Shown in pieces: positions 11,089-21,337 of a DNA stretch of 64,000 nt. The notes under the pieces were generated by a model. The model was given only the letters and a program-made list of their open reading frames with translations, ran no database searches and was not told where the DNA came from. The position numbers and the translations under genes were made by a program. Source of the DNA: Nocardia sp. (GTDB lineage: Bacteria > Actinomycetota > Actinomycetes > Mycobacteriales > Mycobacteriaceae); the NCBI GenBank assembly GCA_014360565.1, contig JACIXH010000004.1, positions 14,429 to 78,428 on the forward strand. The letters are read 5' to 3'. How positions within the stretch are numbered: position 1 is the stretch's first letter; each line of letters starts with the position of its first letter.

Positions 11089-11598
11089 CTACCCCAGCGC
11101 CGCGGTGAAGGCCTCGAGCGCGCGATCGTCGAACAGCACGAACCGCACCTGGTTCACCTTCGTGTCGGCCGCACGGACGGTCTCGACCGCGATCCGCGCG
11201 CCGTCGTCGATGGGCCAGCCGAAGATGCCGGTGGAGATCGCCGGGAAGGCGACGCTCGCCGCCCCCAATTCATCTGCCACCCGCAAAGACTCGCGGTAAC
11301 ACGAGGCGAGGAGCGCGGATCGGTCCTCGGTGGCCGACCACACGGGGCCGACGGTGTGGATCACCCAGCGCGCAGGCAATCGACCCGCCGTGGTCGCCAC
11401 TGCCTGCCCGGTGGGCAAACCTTTTCCGTAGTGCGCGGCACGCAGGTCGCGGCATTCGGACAGGATCTGCGGGCCGCCTTTGCGATGGATCGCCCCGTCG
11501 ACGCCACCACCGCCGAGCAGCGAGGAGTTCGCGGCATTGACCACCGCGTCCACCTGCTGTTCGGTGATGTCGCCCCGGACCGTCTCGATGCGCGTCAT
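11089..11598 (-). CDS. macro domain protein (O-acetyl-ADP-ribose deacetylase, YmdB-like)
   Basis: GDIT, VNAANSSLLGGGGVDGAIH, VIHTVGPVW, AFPAISTGIFG. Confidence 0.92.
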   Translation of the reverse strand: MTRIETVRGDITEQQVDAVVNAANSSLLGGGGVDGAIHRKGGPQILSECRDLRAAHYGKGLPTGQAVATTAGRLPARWVIHTVGPVWSATEDRSALLASCYRESLRVADELGAASVAFPAISTGIFGWPIDDGARIAVETVRAADTKVNQVRFVLFDDRALEAFTAALG

Positions 11599-11685
11599 GA
11601 CCTCATTGTGCCGGGTGCCGACCGCGGCCACGGGTACCGTCGAAGGGTCGACAACGGTCTGTCCGTCCGAGGCGAGGAGAACCAC

Positions 11686-12186
11686 ATGGCCATACCCACC
11701 GGTGACATCGTGCCTACGCCCGAGGGGCGGGATCTGGTGATCACTCGGTCGTTGGGATTGCCGATCGAGGAGGTGTGGGCGCGGCTGACCGATCCGCATC
11801 TGACCTCCGGGTGGTACGGCACCTGGGAGGGTGCGGCGGGTAAGGGCAACACCATTCAGGTGCAGATGCGCTACGAGGAGGGTGAACCGTGGTCGCCGAT
11901 GCGCATCGACGACTGCACCCCACCGATCCACCTCGCCATCTCCTCGGCCGACCAGATCGGCCTGTGGCGCTTGGAAGTGACCCTGCTCGACACCGGCGCG
12001 GCCACCGAGCTGCGCCTGGTTCAGCACCTGACCTCGGATTATCAGCTGGCGGAGATCCCGCATATCGGTCCGGGCTGGGAGTACTACGCGGACATGTTCG
12101 TCGCCGCGTGCACGCAGACCGAGCGACCGGATTTCGCCGACTACTACCCGTCGATGTCGGGCTACTACCAGCAGCGGTCGTCGTAG
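11686..12186 (+). CDS. SRPBCC/AHSA1 domain protein
   Basis: PIEEVWARLTDP...WYG, GPGWEYY; GAGGAG RBS upstream. Confidence 0.8.
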   Translation: MAIPTGDIVPTPEGRDLVITRSLGLPIEEVWARLTDPHLTSGWYGTWEGAAGKGNTIQVQMRYEEGEPWSPMRIDDCTPPIHLAISSADQIGLWRLEVTLLDTGAATELRLVQHLTSDYQLAEIPHIGPGWEYYADMFVAACTQTERPDFADYYPSMSGYYQQRSS

Positions 12187-12199
12187 CCGAAACGTGAAG

Positions 12200-12227
12200 C
12201 GCCCCGGCCGAATTCACGGCCGGGGCG
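12200..12227. terminator. hairpin between convergent genes
   Basis: CGCCCCGGCCG-aattca-CGGCCGGGGCG. Confidence 0.65.
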
Positions 12228-12243
12228 GTTCGACGAAAACGGG

Positions 12244-12999
12244 CTACTCGTCGTCGAGCTCGGCGGCGACCTCGTCGGAGATGTCGACGTTGGTGTACAC
12301 GTTCTGCACATCGTCGCTGTCTTCGAGAGCGTCGACCAGCTTGAACACCTTGCGGGCCCCCTCGACGTCGACCTCGACCGACACCGACGCCTGGAAGCCG
12401 GACTCGGCGGAGTCGTAGTCGATCCCGGCGGCCTGCAGGGCTGAACGTACCGCGACCAGATCGCCGGGCTCGGAGATGATCTCGAAGACATCGCCGTGGT
12501 CGTTCACGTCTTCGGCGCCCGCGTCGAGGACCGTTTCGAGGATGTCGTCCTCGGACAGGCCGTTCTTCTCGAGGGTCACCACACCCTTGCGGGCGAACAG
12601 GTACGACACCGAACCCGGATCGGCCATGTTGCCGCCGTTGCGGGTCATCGCCAGCCGGACCTCGCCCGCGGCGCGGTTACGGTTGTCGGTGAGGCACTCG
12701 ATCAGCACGGCGACACCGTTGGGCCCGTAGCCCTCGTACATGATCGTCTGCCAGTCGGCGCCGCCGGCCTCTTCACCACCGCCGCGCTTGCGGGCGCGCT
12801 CGATGTTGTCGTTGGGGACCGATGTCTTCTTCGCCTTCTGGATGGCGTCGAACAGCGTCGGATTGCCCGCAGGGTCACTACCACCAGTGCGGGCCGCCAC
12901 CTCGATGTTCTTGATCAGCTTGGCGAAGAGTTTGCCGCGCTTGGCGTCGATTCCCGCCTTCTTGTGCTTGGTGGTGGCCCATTTGGAGTGGCCGCTCAT
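12244..12999 (-). CDS. yebC: YebC/PmpR family protein
   Basis: [35 protein letters not shown]. Confidence 0.95.
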   Translation of the reverse strand: MSGHSKWATTKHKKAGIDAKRGKLFAKLIKNIEVAARTGGSDPAGNPTLFDAIQKAKKTSVPNDNIERARKRGGGEEAGGADWQTIMYEGYGPNGVAVLIECLTDNRNRAAGEVRLAMTRNGGNMADPGSVSYLFARKGVVTLEKNGLSEDDILETVLDAGAEDVNDHGDVFEIISEPGDLVAVRSALQAAGIDYDSAESGFQASVSVEVDVEGARKVFKLVDALEDSDDVQNVYTNVDISDEVAAELDDE

Positions 13000-13093
13000 G
13001 CCCTACTTCCTTCAAGTCGGTTGCGCGTCTGCCCGGGCGGACAAGCTCGATCCAGCCTACTCACTCCCCCGCCACGCCCGCCGACGCGGGGTT

Positions 13094-13762
13094 TCACGGC
13101 CTCGAACGCACCAGGTCGACGAACAGTTCGTGCACGCGAAGATCACCGGTCACCTCGGGATGGAACGAGGTCGCCACCACATTGCCCTGTTTGGCCGCGA
13201 CGATGCGCCCCTGCGCCGGGCCGTGCGGTACGCGGGCCAGCACCTCGACACCGTCACCGACCCGCTCCACCCACGGCGCGCGAATGAATACCGCGCGCAC
13301 GGGCGTGTCGAGGCCGGAGAAGTCCAGGTCGGTCTCGAACGAGTCGACCTGACGACCGAAGGCGTTGCGCCGCACCGTCATATCGATGCCCGACAGGTGC
13401 TGGGCATCGGCCCTGGTGTCGAGGACCTCCGAGGCGAGCAGGATCATGCCCGCGCAGGAACCGAACGCGGGCAGCCCGTCACGCAGCCGCGCCCGCAACG
13501 GGTCGAGCAGGTCGAACGCCTGCAGCAGCTTCGAGATCGCGGTCGACTCGCCACCCGGCAGCACCAGCCCGTCCACGGCCGCCAGTTCCGCCTCGCGTCG
13601 GACCAGCACCGGGTGGGCGCCGCAGTGCTCCAGCGCGGCAACGTGTTCGCGCACGTCACCCTGCAGCGCGAGGACGCCGATGGTCGGCCGGGTGCGGGTC
13701 GAGGTTGCGTTCACAGCCGTTGAGCTTACGAGCGCGGCCGATGTGGGCCCGCTCACGCTCAC
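13094..13762 (-). CDS. pdxT: PLP synthase glutaminase subunit (start uncertain: 13762 or 13714)
   Basis: [39 protein letters not shown]. Confidence 0.93.
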   Translation of the reverse strand: MSVSGPTSAALVSSTAVNATSTRTRPTIGVLALQGDVREHVAALEHCGAHPVLVRREAELAAVDGLVLPGGESTAISKLLQAFDLLDPLRARLRDGLPAFGSCAGMILLASEVLDTRADAQHLSGIDMTVRRNAFGRQVDSFETDLDFSGLDTPVRAVFIRAPWVERVGDGVEVLARVPHGPAQGRIVAAKQGNVVATSFHPEVTGDLRVHELFVDLVRSRP

Positions 13763-14580
13763 TGGTGGCGCGGCGTGCGGATCAGGCCCTCCTGGACGAC
13801 GGCGGCGACCAGGTTGCCGTCGCGGTCCCAGATCTTGCCGTCGGTCAGCGCGCGACCGAACCCGGCCGAGGGCGAGGACTGGTCGTAGAGCAGCCACTCG
13901 TCGGCGCGGAACGGGCGCAGGAACCACATGGCGTGGTCCAGCGAGGCGTTCTGGGTCGGTTCGTCGGGGTGGATCACCTTCGACGAGCCGAGCAGGGTCA
14001 TATCGCTCATGTAGGCCAGCGTGCAGACGTGGAACATCGGGTCGTCGGGCAGCGGATGCCGGTACCGGAACCACACCTGCTGCGGCGACACTGCCCCGTC
14101 ACGAGCAACGACCTGCTCTTGCGGGACCGTGCGGATGTCCCAGTGCTCCCACTCACGCATGGCCCACAGCCGCTCCGGAGTCATGGTCACGCTGGCGTCG
14201 GGCAGGTCGTCGGGACCGTCGACCGCGGGCATCACGTCCTGATGCTCCGGCCCTTCGTCACCGTGATGGAAGGAGGCCGACATGGTGAAGATCGCCTGTC
14301 CGTCCTGGACGCCGGTCACCCGCCTGGTGCAGAACGAGCGGCCGTCGCGGATGCGTTCCACCAGGAAGACGGTGGGTTCCTCCGGATTGCCCGGCCGCAG
14401 GAAGTACCCGTGCAGCGAGTGCACCTGGAAGCTGGGATCGACGGTACGGACCGCCGAGACCAGCGCCTGCCCGGCCACCTGACCGCCGAAGGTGCGCGGT
14501 AGCTGAGACTCCGTGGACGCGCCGCGGAAGATGTCGCGCTCCAGCCGCTCGATCGCGAGCGCCTCTTCGATTGTCGCCAT
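13759..14580 (-). CDS. tesB: acyl-CoA thioesterase II
   Basis: [40 protein letters not shown]. Confidence 0.93.
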   Translation of the reverse strand: MATIEEALAIERLERDIFRGASTESQLPRTFGGQVAGQALVSAVRTVDPSFQVHSLHGYFLRPGNPEEPTVFLVERIRDGRSFCTRRVTGVQDGQAIFTMSASFHHGDEGPEHQDVMPAVDGPDDLPDASVTMTPERLWAMREWEHWDIRTVPQEQVVARDGAVSPQQVWFRYRHPLPDDPMFHVCTLAYMSDMTLLGSSKVIHPDEPTQNASLDHAMWFLRPFRADEWLLYDQSSPSAGFGRALTDGKIWDRDGNLVAAVVQEGLIRTPRHQ

Positions 14581-14651
14581 GGGCTCGAGATTATCGCCTC
14601 GCCGACCGGGCGGTATGTCCGGCTGGGCACGGCAGTGCGGAATTTGCTGTG

Positions 14652-15269
14652 ATGGTCGGCGTGCCGACGTTCACGCCCACCTCACCCGCCGCCCTCGCAC
14701 AACTCGTCGCCGACACCCTCGTCGGGCTACCGGGGCGACGGGTGATCGCGGTCGACGGGGCCGATGCCGCCGCACCCGTCGAGCTCGGTAACCCGATCGT
14801 GTCCACGCTCCAGGATCTGGGTCGATCGGCGGCGGTGGTCTCGGTGCACGATTTCGTGCGGCCCGCCTCGTTGCGCATGGAATACGGACGCGACGACGAA
14901 TGGTCTTATCGCACAGCATGGTTCGACTACGAAGCGCTGCGGCGCGAGATCCTCGACGCGCTGCGCGAGGACGGGCGCTGGTTGCCCGCGCTGTGGGACG
15001 AGCAGCGAGACCGGTCGGCGCGGGCGGTGATTCGCACGGCACAGGCCGATCTGGTGCTGGTCCTCGCGGGGCCGATGTTGCTGGGGCGCGGTCTCGACTT
15101 CGACCTCACGCTTCGCCTCGAGCTCAGTGAGCGGGCGGCGCTGCGGCTCACGCCCGCCGAGCAACACTGGACACTGCCCGCCGTGCGCGATCACACAGTC
15201 GACAATCCTGAGGACGCGACCTGGACTGTCCGCTGGGATCATCCCGATCGCGCGGCGCTGCGCCGTTGA
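14652..15269 (+). CDS. uridine-kinase-like P-loop-fold protein with degenerate Walker A
   Basis: VIAVDGADAA, DFVRPASLR, WFDYEALRREIL. Confidence 0.65.
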   Translation: MVGVPTFTPTSPAALAQLVADTLVGLPGRRVIAVDGADAAAPVELGNPIVSTLQDLGRSAAVVSVHDFVRPASLRMEYGRDDEWSYRTAWFDYEALRREILDALREDGRWLPALWDEQRDRSARAVIRTAQADLVLVLAGPMLLGRGLDFDLTLRLELSERAALRLTPAEQHWTLPAVRDHTVDNPEDATWTVRWDHPDRAALRR

Positions 15270-15328
15270 TCGCGAGCCTGGCCGTCGATGGAAAACCGAT
15301 GTCGCCCAAATGCGTTCGGACACGCGAA

Positions 15329-15356
15329 AGCCCCGTCCGGAATTCCGAACGGGGCT
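15329..15356 (-). terminator. intrinsic terminator
   Basis: AGCCCCGT..GGAATTCC..ACGGGGCT stem followed by TTT on the minus strand. Confidence 0.65.
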
Positions 15357-15369
15357 CGAGCGAGCGGGA

Positions 15370-15870
15370 TCAGGCGCAGGCGACCGAGGTCTGGCCCAGG
15401 TTGGTCAGCATGCCGCAGGCCCACGACTTCTGGACCTTCCACTTGCCCGCCTCGGCCACGAACGGCACGTCGACGATGTTCGTCTGACCGTTGAGCGTGA
15501 AGTCGGCCTTCGCGTTGACGCTGTCACCGAACGAGGTCACCTCGGTGACCTGCACCTGGACGTTGTTGTCCTGGACGGCCTGAGCCAGGCGGTTCGGCAG
15601 CTCGGGATCGGCTTCGATGCCCTGCACGAAGTCCAGCTTCTGGTCGTTGGGGACCGCCGGATCCAGTGCGGTTCCGAGCTGCGCGTTGAGCTGCTCCACG
15701 GTCGGCACGGCGGGCAGATCGTCGACGGCCGGAGCCGCGGCCTTGGCGCTGGTGGTAGTGGTGGTCTTGGGCGTGGTCTCGCCCTTGTCGTCACTGCACG
15801 CGCTCAGGCCGAGGGCAGCAACCACAGCCAGTCCTGCGATCGCGACTCGTCCGGTCCTACGAAACTTCAT
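15370..15870 (-). CDS. lipoprotein, low-molecular-weight antigen Mtb12-like
   Basis: Lipobox LSAC, Thr-rich linker, C-terminal VPFVAEAGKWKVQKSWACGML...C. Confidence 0.7.
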   Translation of the reverse strand: MKFRRTGRVAIAGLAVVAALGLSACSDDKGETTPKTTTTTSAKAAAPAVDDLPAVPTVEQLNAQLGTALDPAVPNDQKLDFVQGIEADPELPNRLAQAVQDNNVQVQVTEVTSFGDSVNAKADFTLNGQTNIVDVPFVAEAGKWKVQKSWACGMLTNLGQTSVACA

Positions 15871-16047
15871 CCACTCGTCCTTACGTCGGGTCGGAATCTC
15901 GCCCTGGGGGGCGACGGCCCAGGACCCGCGCCACACGGCGCAGGCCTCGATGCCACGGCCCGGACGCTACCCAGTGAATTTGAGGAAACTCTGAGACACA
16001 GACAGCCTGGATCTGTGCGACGCCTCGGAGAGCGGTGTACCCCAGGG

Positions 16048-16836
16048 CTACCCGGAGCGCAGACCGGCCACTGCCTCGACCAGCCGGGCGTGGGTGCGCG
16101 CGTCCGCCGCGGCGATCAGACCGTGCGGCGCGGTGTGCAGCGGTTGCCCGGCCAGGCCGGTCACCACGCAGCCCGCCGCCTGGCATATCGCGATCGCGCT
16201 GCTGAAGTGCACGCTGTCGCGCAGGTCGCCGCCGGTGATGTAGGCGGCACGGCGACCGGCCGCGACCCAGACGAGGGCAAGGGAAGTCGATAAGACCCGC
16301 GGGTGGAACTCGTCCACGAAGCCTTCGGCGTCGAAGAGACGCGCCGGGGTCGACCAGGGGAAGGGGTTGTCCAAGTCGACATCGACGAGGTGGCTTCCGG
16401 CATGCGGGCCCAACGGCTCGTCGCGGCCGTCGGCGCGGCGGAACCCGCCCTCCCCCGCTGTCCAGAACACTTCACCGGCGAACGGATCGGCGGTCGCCGC
16501 TGTCCGCACCACGTCGCCCACGCGCAGCGCGACGTTCACTGCCACGAACGCGGTGTCGACGGCGAAATTCCGTGTGCCACAGATCGGATCGATGAACCAC
16601 GTTCGAGCGCTGCCCGCCGCTCCGGTGATGCCCGATTCCTCGGCGACGAACCGGTCACCCGGGCGCGCGGTCGCGAGCACATCGAGGATGGCTTTCTCGG
16701 CCGCGATATCGGCCTGCGTGGCGAAATCGTCGCCCTGTTTGGCGTAGTGAGTGAGCGGGGCGCGAAACGCCGACCGGATCACGTTCGAAGCGACTTCTGT
16801 TGCGTGGATTGCGATTTCACTATCCGACTGGTGCAC
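16048..16836 (-). CDS. inositol monophosphatase family protein (variant motifs)
   Basis: DFATQAD, AEESG, WFIDPICGTRNF; GTG start after GGAGA. Confidence 0.8.
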   Translation of the reverse strand: MHQSDSEIAIHATEVASNVIRSAFRAPLTHYAKQGDDFATQADIAAEKAILDVLATARPGDRFVAEESGITGAAGSARTWFIDPICGTRNFAVDTAFVAVNVALRVGDVVRTAATADPFAGEVFWTAGEGGFRRADGRDEPLGPHAGSHLVDVDLDNPFPWSTPARLFDAEGFVDEFHPRVLSTSLALVWVAAGRRAAYITGGDLRDSVHFSSAIAICQAAGCVVTGLAGQPLHTAPHGLIAAADARTHARLVEAVAGLRSG

Positions 16837-16851
16837 CGTCTCCAGGCTACG

Positions 16852-17085
16852 GACCGCGCCGCACCCCGGCAGCCGAATGCGGAGGTACGCCGATCCAGCA
16901 CGGACGCGCAGCTGATCTGATACGCGCACGGCGGGAGCGAACGCGGAGGTACGCCCGTTCGACACTGACGCGCAGCGGTCCTCAGACCGCGCACGGCCGG
17001 AGCGAATGCGGAGGTACGCCCATTCGACACAGACGCGCAGCGGTCCTCAGACCGCGCACGGCCGGAGCGAATGCGGAGGTACGCC
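16852..17085. repeat. tandem repeat of about 65 bp, about 3.5-4 copies (VNTR/MIRU-like)
   Basis: GAA(T/C)GCGGAGGTACGCC at 16875, 16939, 17004 and 17069; the intervening sequence is also repeated. Confidence 0.9.
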
Positions 17086-17819
17086 TAGGTGGCCAGGTAT
17101 ACGGCTAGGCCGAGGCCGGCGATTCCGACCGACACGCGCAGCACGTTCGGCGGGATCACCTTCACCACGGGCAGACCGCACCAGCCGCCTGCCAGCGCAC
17201 CCGCGCCGAGGGCCAGTGCCGCGCCCCAGTGCACCGGCCCGAAGGCGGCGAACCCGATCGCGGCGACCAGGTTCGCGATGCCGAGCAGGAAACTCTTGAG
17301 AATCGATGCGCTCCACAGGGATTCGGAGGTGCACAGCATCATCATCGACAGGTAGATCACGCCCGCGCCCGCACCGAAGTAGCCGCCGTACACGGAGGTG
17401 AGCAGGATGCCGACCGGCACGATCCAGGGCGCGCTGAGCTCGCCGATGTGGCGTCGCACCAGCGGTTGCACCAGCAGGGCGATCGAGGCCATGGCCACCA
17501 GGAAGGGCACGACCACCTCGAATGCCCCGTCCGGGGCGACCAGCAGGGCGAGCGCGCCGAGCAGCCCGCCCACGGCCGACAGCACCGCCCAGCGCACCAG
17601 CGTGGGTCCTCGGCCGATGAGTTCGCGTCCGGAATTGGCGGTCGCCCCGACACCGACAGCGACCATGGCGACGGTATTGGTGACATTGGCCGCGACGGGC
17701 GGCAGTCCGGCGGCCAGCAGCGCCGGATAGGAAACGATCGAGGCCATCCCGGTGACGAAGCCGATCAGGCCGGTGAAGAATCCCGCGACGACCAGCAAGG
17801 AGAAGTCGAGCGCGGTCAC
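17085..17819 (-). CDS. sulfite exporter TauE/SafE family permease
   Basis: GMASIVSYPALL, ANVTNT, YGGYFGAGAG; about 8 TM segments. Confidence 0.88.
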   Translation of the reverse strand: MTALDFSLLVVAGFFTGLIGFVTGMASIVSYPALLAAGLPPVAANVTNTVAMVAVGVGATANSGRELIGRGPTLVRWAVLSAVGGLLGALALLVAPDGAFEVVVPFLVAMASIALLVQPLVRRHIGELSAPWIVPVGILLTSVYGGYFGAGAGVIYLSMMMLCTSESLWSASILKSFLLGIANLVAAIGFAAFGPVHWGAALALGAGALAGGWCGLPVVKVIPPNVLRVSVGIAGLGLAVYLAT

Positions 17820-18148
17820 GGAACGACTGTACGGTATGCCCAGTTGGCAGCAATCCATGGGCTGAAGCGGGCCGACATCGCCGTTTCCGCACGACCTCGT
17901 CGGCCTCGAAGGCCGCGTCCGCGAGCGCGCGGATGGCAGGAACTGGTCGCGGTACTGCCGGCGGGCGAATTGCCGCGGCACTGGTGACGGCGTGCACGCG
18001 AAGGCGCCGCGCGGGCAGGCCCCGCCCACATCGCCGAAGAACGGTATTCCGCGAACGCTCAGGCCACGGACAGCCCGGCCCCACATCGACGACCAGCGCC
18101 GGGATCACGACGACGCGCCGTAGCCCGTGCCAGGATGTCGGAGTGCAG

Positions 18149-18934
18149 ATGACGACTTTCGAGCCGGGCGAACCACCCGTTCGACGTAACCGGCTGGACT
18201 CCAACACCGTTGCCCGCCTCGACGACGTCACCACCTTCGCCCAATTGCTCGACGCGTTGGAGCTGGTCCGCATGGATCATCCCGATGCCAGGATCCTGTG
18301 CACGCTCGACGACCTCGGCCAGTGCGCGTACACCAGCATGCATGCCACCCTCGGCCTGGTGGAAGGCGAGCACGAAGATCACGACGACCCCGCCGCCACG
18401 CATCACGCCGAGAACGTCACGGTCTCCCGGATCGCCGCCCTGCTCGACAGCCAGGCCGCCCGCGTTCCCTGGGAAGCCTTGCGCGATACCCGCAATGCCT
18501 CCGAGGACGAACTCAGCGCCCTCGTCGCCGCCAACCGCTGCCCCGACCGCGTCGTCGACGACGTCGTCCTGATCCAGCGCGTCCCCGTCGACCGCGACGA
18601 CCTCGCCATCGCGGGAATCCCCAACGGGTACTTCGCCGACGACTGGAGCACCTTCGACAACCACACCGTCATTTGCCGGATGGCCACCCACGGCTACCGC
18701 CACATAGCCATCGGCGCCTCTCTGCTCGCCTTCACCCGCCCCGCTCCTCCTACCCCCGAGCAGGCCGCCGCCCTGGTCACCGACCTGACCCACCTCTACG
18801 GCTCCCCCACCGCCATCGGCTGGCACGAATTGGCCGTCCAACTCCCCACCCACCGCCACCTCGTCCTCGGCTACGCCGAGAACTTCGCCGACGCCCTCAC
18901 CACCGACACCGAAGGCGCGGCGGGCCAGCCTTAG
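18149..18934 (+). CDS. hypothetical protein
   Basis: 261-aa ORF with high-GC codon usage and GGAG upstream; no recognised family. Confidence 0.65.
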   Translation: MTTFEPGEPPVRRNRLDSNTVARLDDVTTFAQLLDALELVRMDHPDARILCTLDDLGQCAYTSMHATLGLVEGEHEDHDDPAATHHAENVTVSRIAALLDSQAARVPWEALRDTRNASEDELSALVAANRCPDRVVDDVVLIQRVPVDRDDLAIAGIPNGYFADDWSTFDNHTVICRMATHGYRHIAIGASLLAFTRPAPPTPEQAAALVTDLTHLYGSPTAIGWHELAVQLPTHRHLVLGYAENFADALTTDTEGAAGQP

Positions 18935-19002
18935 CCTTCGACGCGAATCCGCCTGATCCGCAAGGGATTACCCGGTCCGACGCAAGACTCGGCCACGAGA
19001 AA

Positions 19003-19042
19003 CGCCTCGGCGGGCGTCGTGATCACGACGCCCGCCGAGGCG
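19003..19042. terminator. perfect 40-bp palindrome between convergent genes
   Basis: CGCCTCGGCGGGCGTCGTGA|TCACGACGCCCGCCGAGGCG. Confidence 0.7.
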
Positions 19043-19076
19043 AATACTGCAGTGCCCGAACAGGTTCAGGCGAAAA

Positions 19077-20000
19077 TCACCAGCCGCGCTCGGCGAGGCG
19101 GTGGGGCTGCGGGATGTCTTCGACGTTGATGCCGACCATGGCTTCGCCCAGGCCGCGCGAGACCTTGGCCAGCACGTCCGGGTCGTCGTAGAAGGTGGTG
19201 GCCTTGACGATGGCGGCGGCGCGCTGTTCGGGGTTGCCGGACTTGAAGATGCCGGAGCCGACGAAGACGCCTTCGGCGCCGAGCTGCATCATCATGGCGG
19301 CGTCGGCGGGGGTGGCGATGCCGCCGGCGGTGAACATGACGACGGGCAGCTTGCCGGTCCGGGCGATCTCGCACACCAGCTCGTAGGGGGCCTGCAGCTC
19401 CTTGGCGGCCACGAACAGCTCGTCGGCCGACAGCGAGGTCAGGCGACGGATCTCGCCGCGGATGGTGCGCATGTGGGTGGTGGCGTTGGAGACGTCGCCG
19501 GTGCCCGCCTCACCCTTGGAGCGGATCATGGCCGCGCCCTCGGTGATGCGGCGCAGCGCCTCGCCCAGGTTGGTGGCGCCACAGACGAAGGGCACGGTGA
19601 AGTTCCACTTGTCGATGTGGTTGGCGTAGTCGGCGGGGGTGAGGACCTCGGACTCGTCGATGTAGTCCACGCCCAGGCTCTGCAGGATCTGCGCCTCGAC
19701 GAAGTGGCCGATGCGGGCCTTGGCCATCACGGGGATGGAGACCGCGGCGACGATGCCGTCGATCATGTCCGGGTCGCTCATCCGGGACACGCCGCCCTGG
19801 GCGCGGATGTCGGCGGGCACCCGCTCGAGCGCCATCACGGCCACGGCGCCGGCGTCTTCGGCGATCTTGGCCTGCTCGGCGTTGACCACATCCATGATCA
19901 CGCCACCCTTGAGCATCTCGGCCATGCCGCGCTTGACGCGGGCGGTGCCGACGGTGTTGGTGGTGGTCTCAGGCGTAGTCACGGCTGTCTCCTGTGTCAT
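19077..20000 (-). CDS. pdxS: PLP synthase lyase subunit
   Basis: [51 protein letters not shown]. Confidence 0.97.
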   Translation of the reverse strand: MTQETAVTTPETTTNTVGTARVKRGMAEMLKGGVIMDVVNAEQAKIAEDAGAVAVMALERVPADIRAQGGVSRMSDPDMIDGIVAAVSIPVMAKARIGHFVEAQILQSLGVDYIDESEVLTPADYANHIDKWNFTVPFVCGATNLGEALRRITEGAAMIRSKGEAGTGDVSNATTHMRTIRGEIRRLTSLSADELFVAAKELQAPYELVCEIARTGKLPVVMFTAGGIATPADAAMMMQLGAEGVFVGSGIFKSGNPEQRAAAIVKATTFYDDPDVLAKVSRGLGEAMVGINVEDIPQPHRLAERGW

Positions 20001-20152
20001 GGGCGCCAATCAAGTCGCTCGGATTCGGTTCACCGTCGATTCTAGAGCTGCCCGAATTCGGCCTTCATAGCCAGTTGAGCACCACTGGCCTTGTCGCGAC
20101 CAGCGGCGATACCGGAGCAGGCCACGGCTGGCCTGCTCCGATGGCCTGGTAC

Positions 20153-21337
20153 TCACCGCGCGTCGACCCCGATCGGGTCCGCCGACCGACCGTGCCGAAC
20201 CCGGTCGAACACCACGATCGCCGCCGCGACGGCCGCCGCACCGCAGGCGCACCACAGCGCCGCGACCGGGGATTGCGTGTGATCGACGACCACGCCGGCG
20301 ACGACAGGACCGAGCACGGCGCCGACATTGAGCGCGGTGGTGGCCAGCGCCCCGGCGAGGCGAGGCGCGGCGGGTGCTGCGGTCCGCACGATCGTCGCGA
20401 TCAACGCGGATCCGACGCCGAACGCGGCCGCCCCGGTGAGCAATGTCATGACCGCGACTCCCGCCATTGTGTGCGCGGTCATCGTCGCCAGCGCCCACAC
20501 GGCGACCAATCCGGGCGTTCCCACGGTCACGATGGAGCGCGGGTGGCGGTCGCTGTACCGACCGGTGAGCGTCACGCCGACGAAGGAACCGACACCGAAC
20601 AACGCCAGCACCAGCGGCACCCAGGCGGCGGTTGCTCCGGCGACGGTAGCGGCGACGGTGCCGAGATAGGTGAACGCCGCGAAGGTCGCGGCATTGACCA
20701 GCACCCCGACGAGAACGGCCGACCGCACCTCGCGCCCACCCAACACCGCCCACTCCGACCGCATGTACCGATCCGATGCGTCCGCCCCGGCGCCGTCACG
20801 CGGCACCATCGACGCCAGCGGGACGAGAACCACCGCGCTCACCACCGCGACGGCCCAAAAGGCCGATCGCCAGCCCCACAGCTGCCCGAGCAGCGTCCCA
20901 GCGGGCACACCCGCGATACAGGCCACCGTCACGCCGGACACGATGATCGAGGTCGCCCGTCCGACCAGCGCGGGCCCTACCAGCCGTGGCAGAGCGGCCA
21001 GCACGATCGCCAGAAATCCGGCATTGGCCACCGCGGCGACCACCCGGGTAGCCACCAGCACCACGAAATCGGTGGTGAGGGCGCCCACGACATGGGCGAG
21101 GCAGAAGAGCGCGAGAAACGTTGTCGCCGAACGCCGTAGCGGCCACCGGCCCGCGGTCGCCGCCATCGTCGGCGCCCCCAGCACCATGCCGACCGCGTAC
21201 ACCGAGGTCAGCAACCCCACTGTGCCGAGCGAAACGCCGAAGTCGGCGGCGGTCGGCGCCAGCAACCCCGACATCATGAATTCCGATGTGCCCTGCGCGA
21301 AAACCGCGGCAGCCAGCACGAAAACCCCGATGGGCAT
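20153..21337 (-). CDS. MFS efflux transporter, Cmx/CmrA-like
   Basis: FAQGTSEFMMSGLL, GVPAGTLLGQLWGWRSAFW, ATTALNVGA; about 12 TM segments. Confidence 0.82.
   Translation of the reverse strand: MPIGVFVLAAAVFAQGTSEFMMSGLLAPTAADFGVSLGTVGLLTSVYAVGMVLGAPTMAATAGRWPLRRSATTFLALFCLAHVVGALTTDFVVLVATRVVAAVANAGFLAIVLAALPRLVGPALVGRATSIIVSGVTVACIAGVPAGTLLGQLWGWRSAFWAVAVVSAVVLVPLASMVPRDGAGADASDRYMRSEWAVLGGREVRSAVLVGVLVNAATFAAFTYLGTVAATVAGATAAWVPLVLALFGVGSFVGVTLTGRYSDRHPRSIVTVGTPGLVAVWALATMTAHTMAGVAVMTLLTGAAAFGVGSALIATIVRTAAPAAPRLAGALATTALNVGAVLGPVVAGVVVDHTQSPVAALWCACGAAAVAAAIVVFDRVRHGRSADPIGVDAR

Noticed and set aside
16852-17085. CRISPR array
   Set aside because: The sequence between the conserved cores is itself repeated (no unique spacers) and there are no cas genes; it is a tandem repeat
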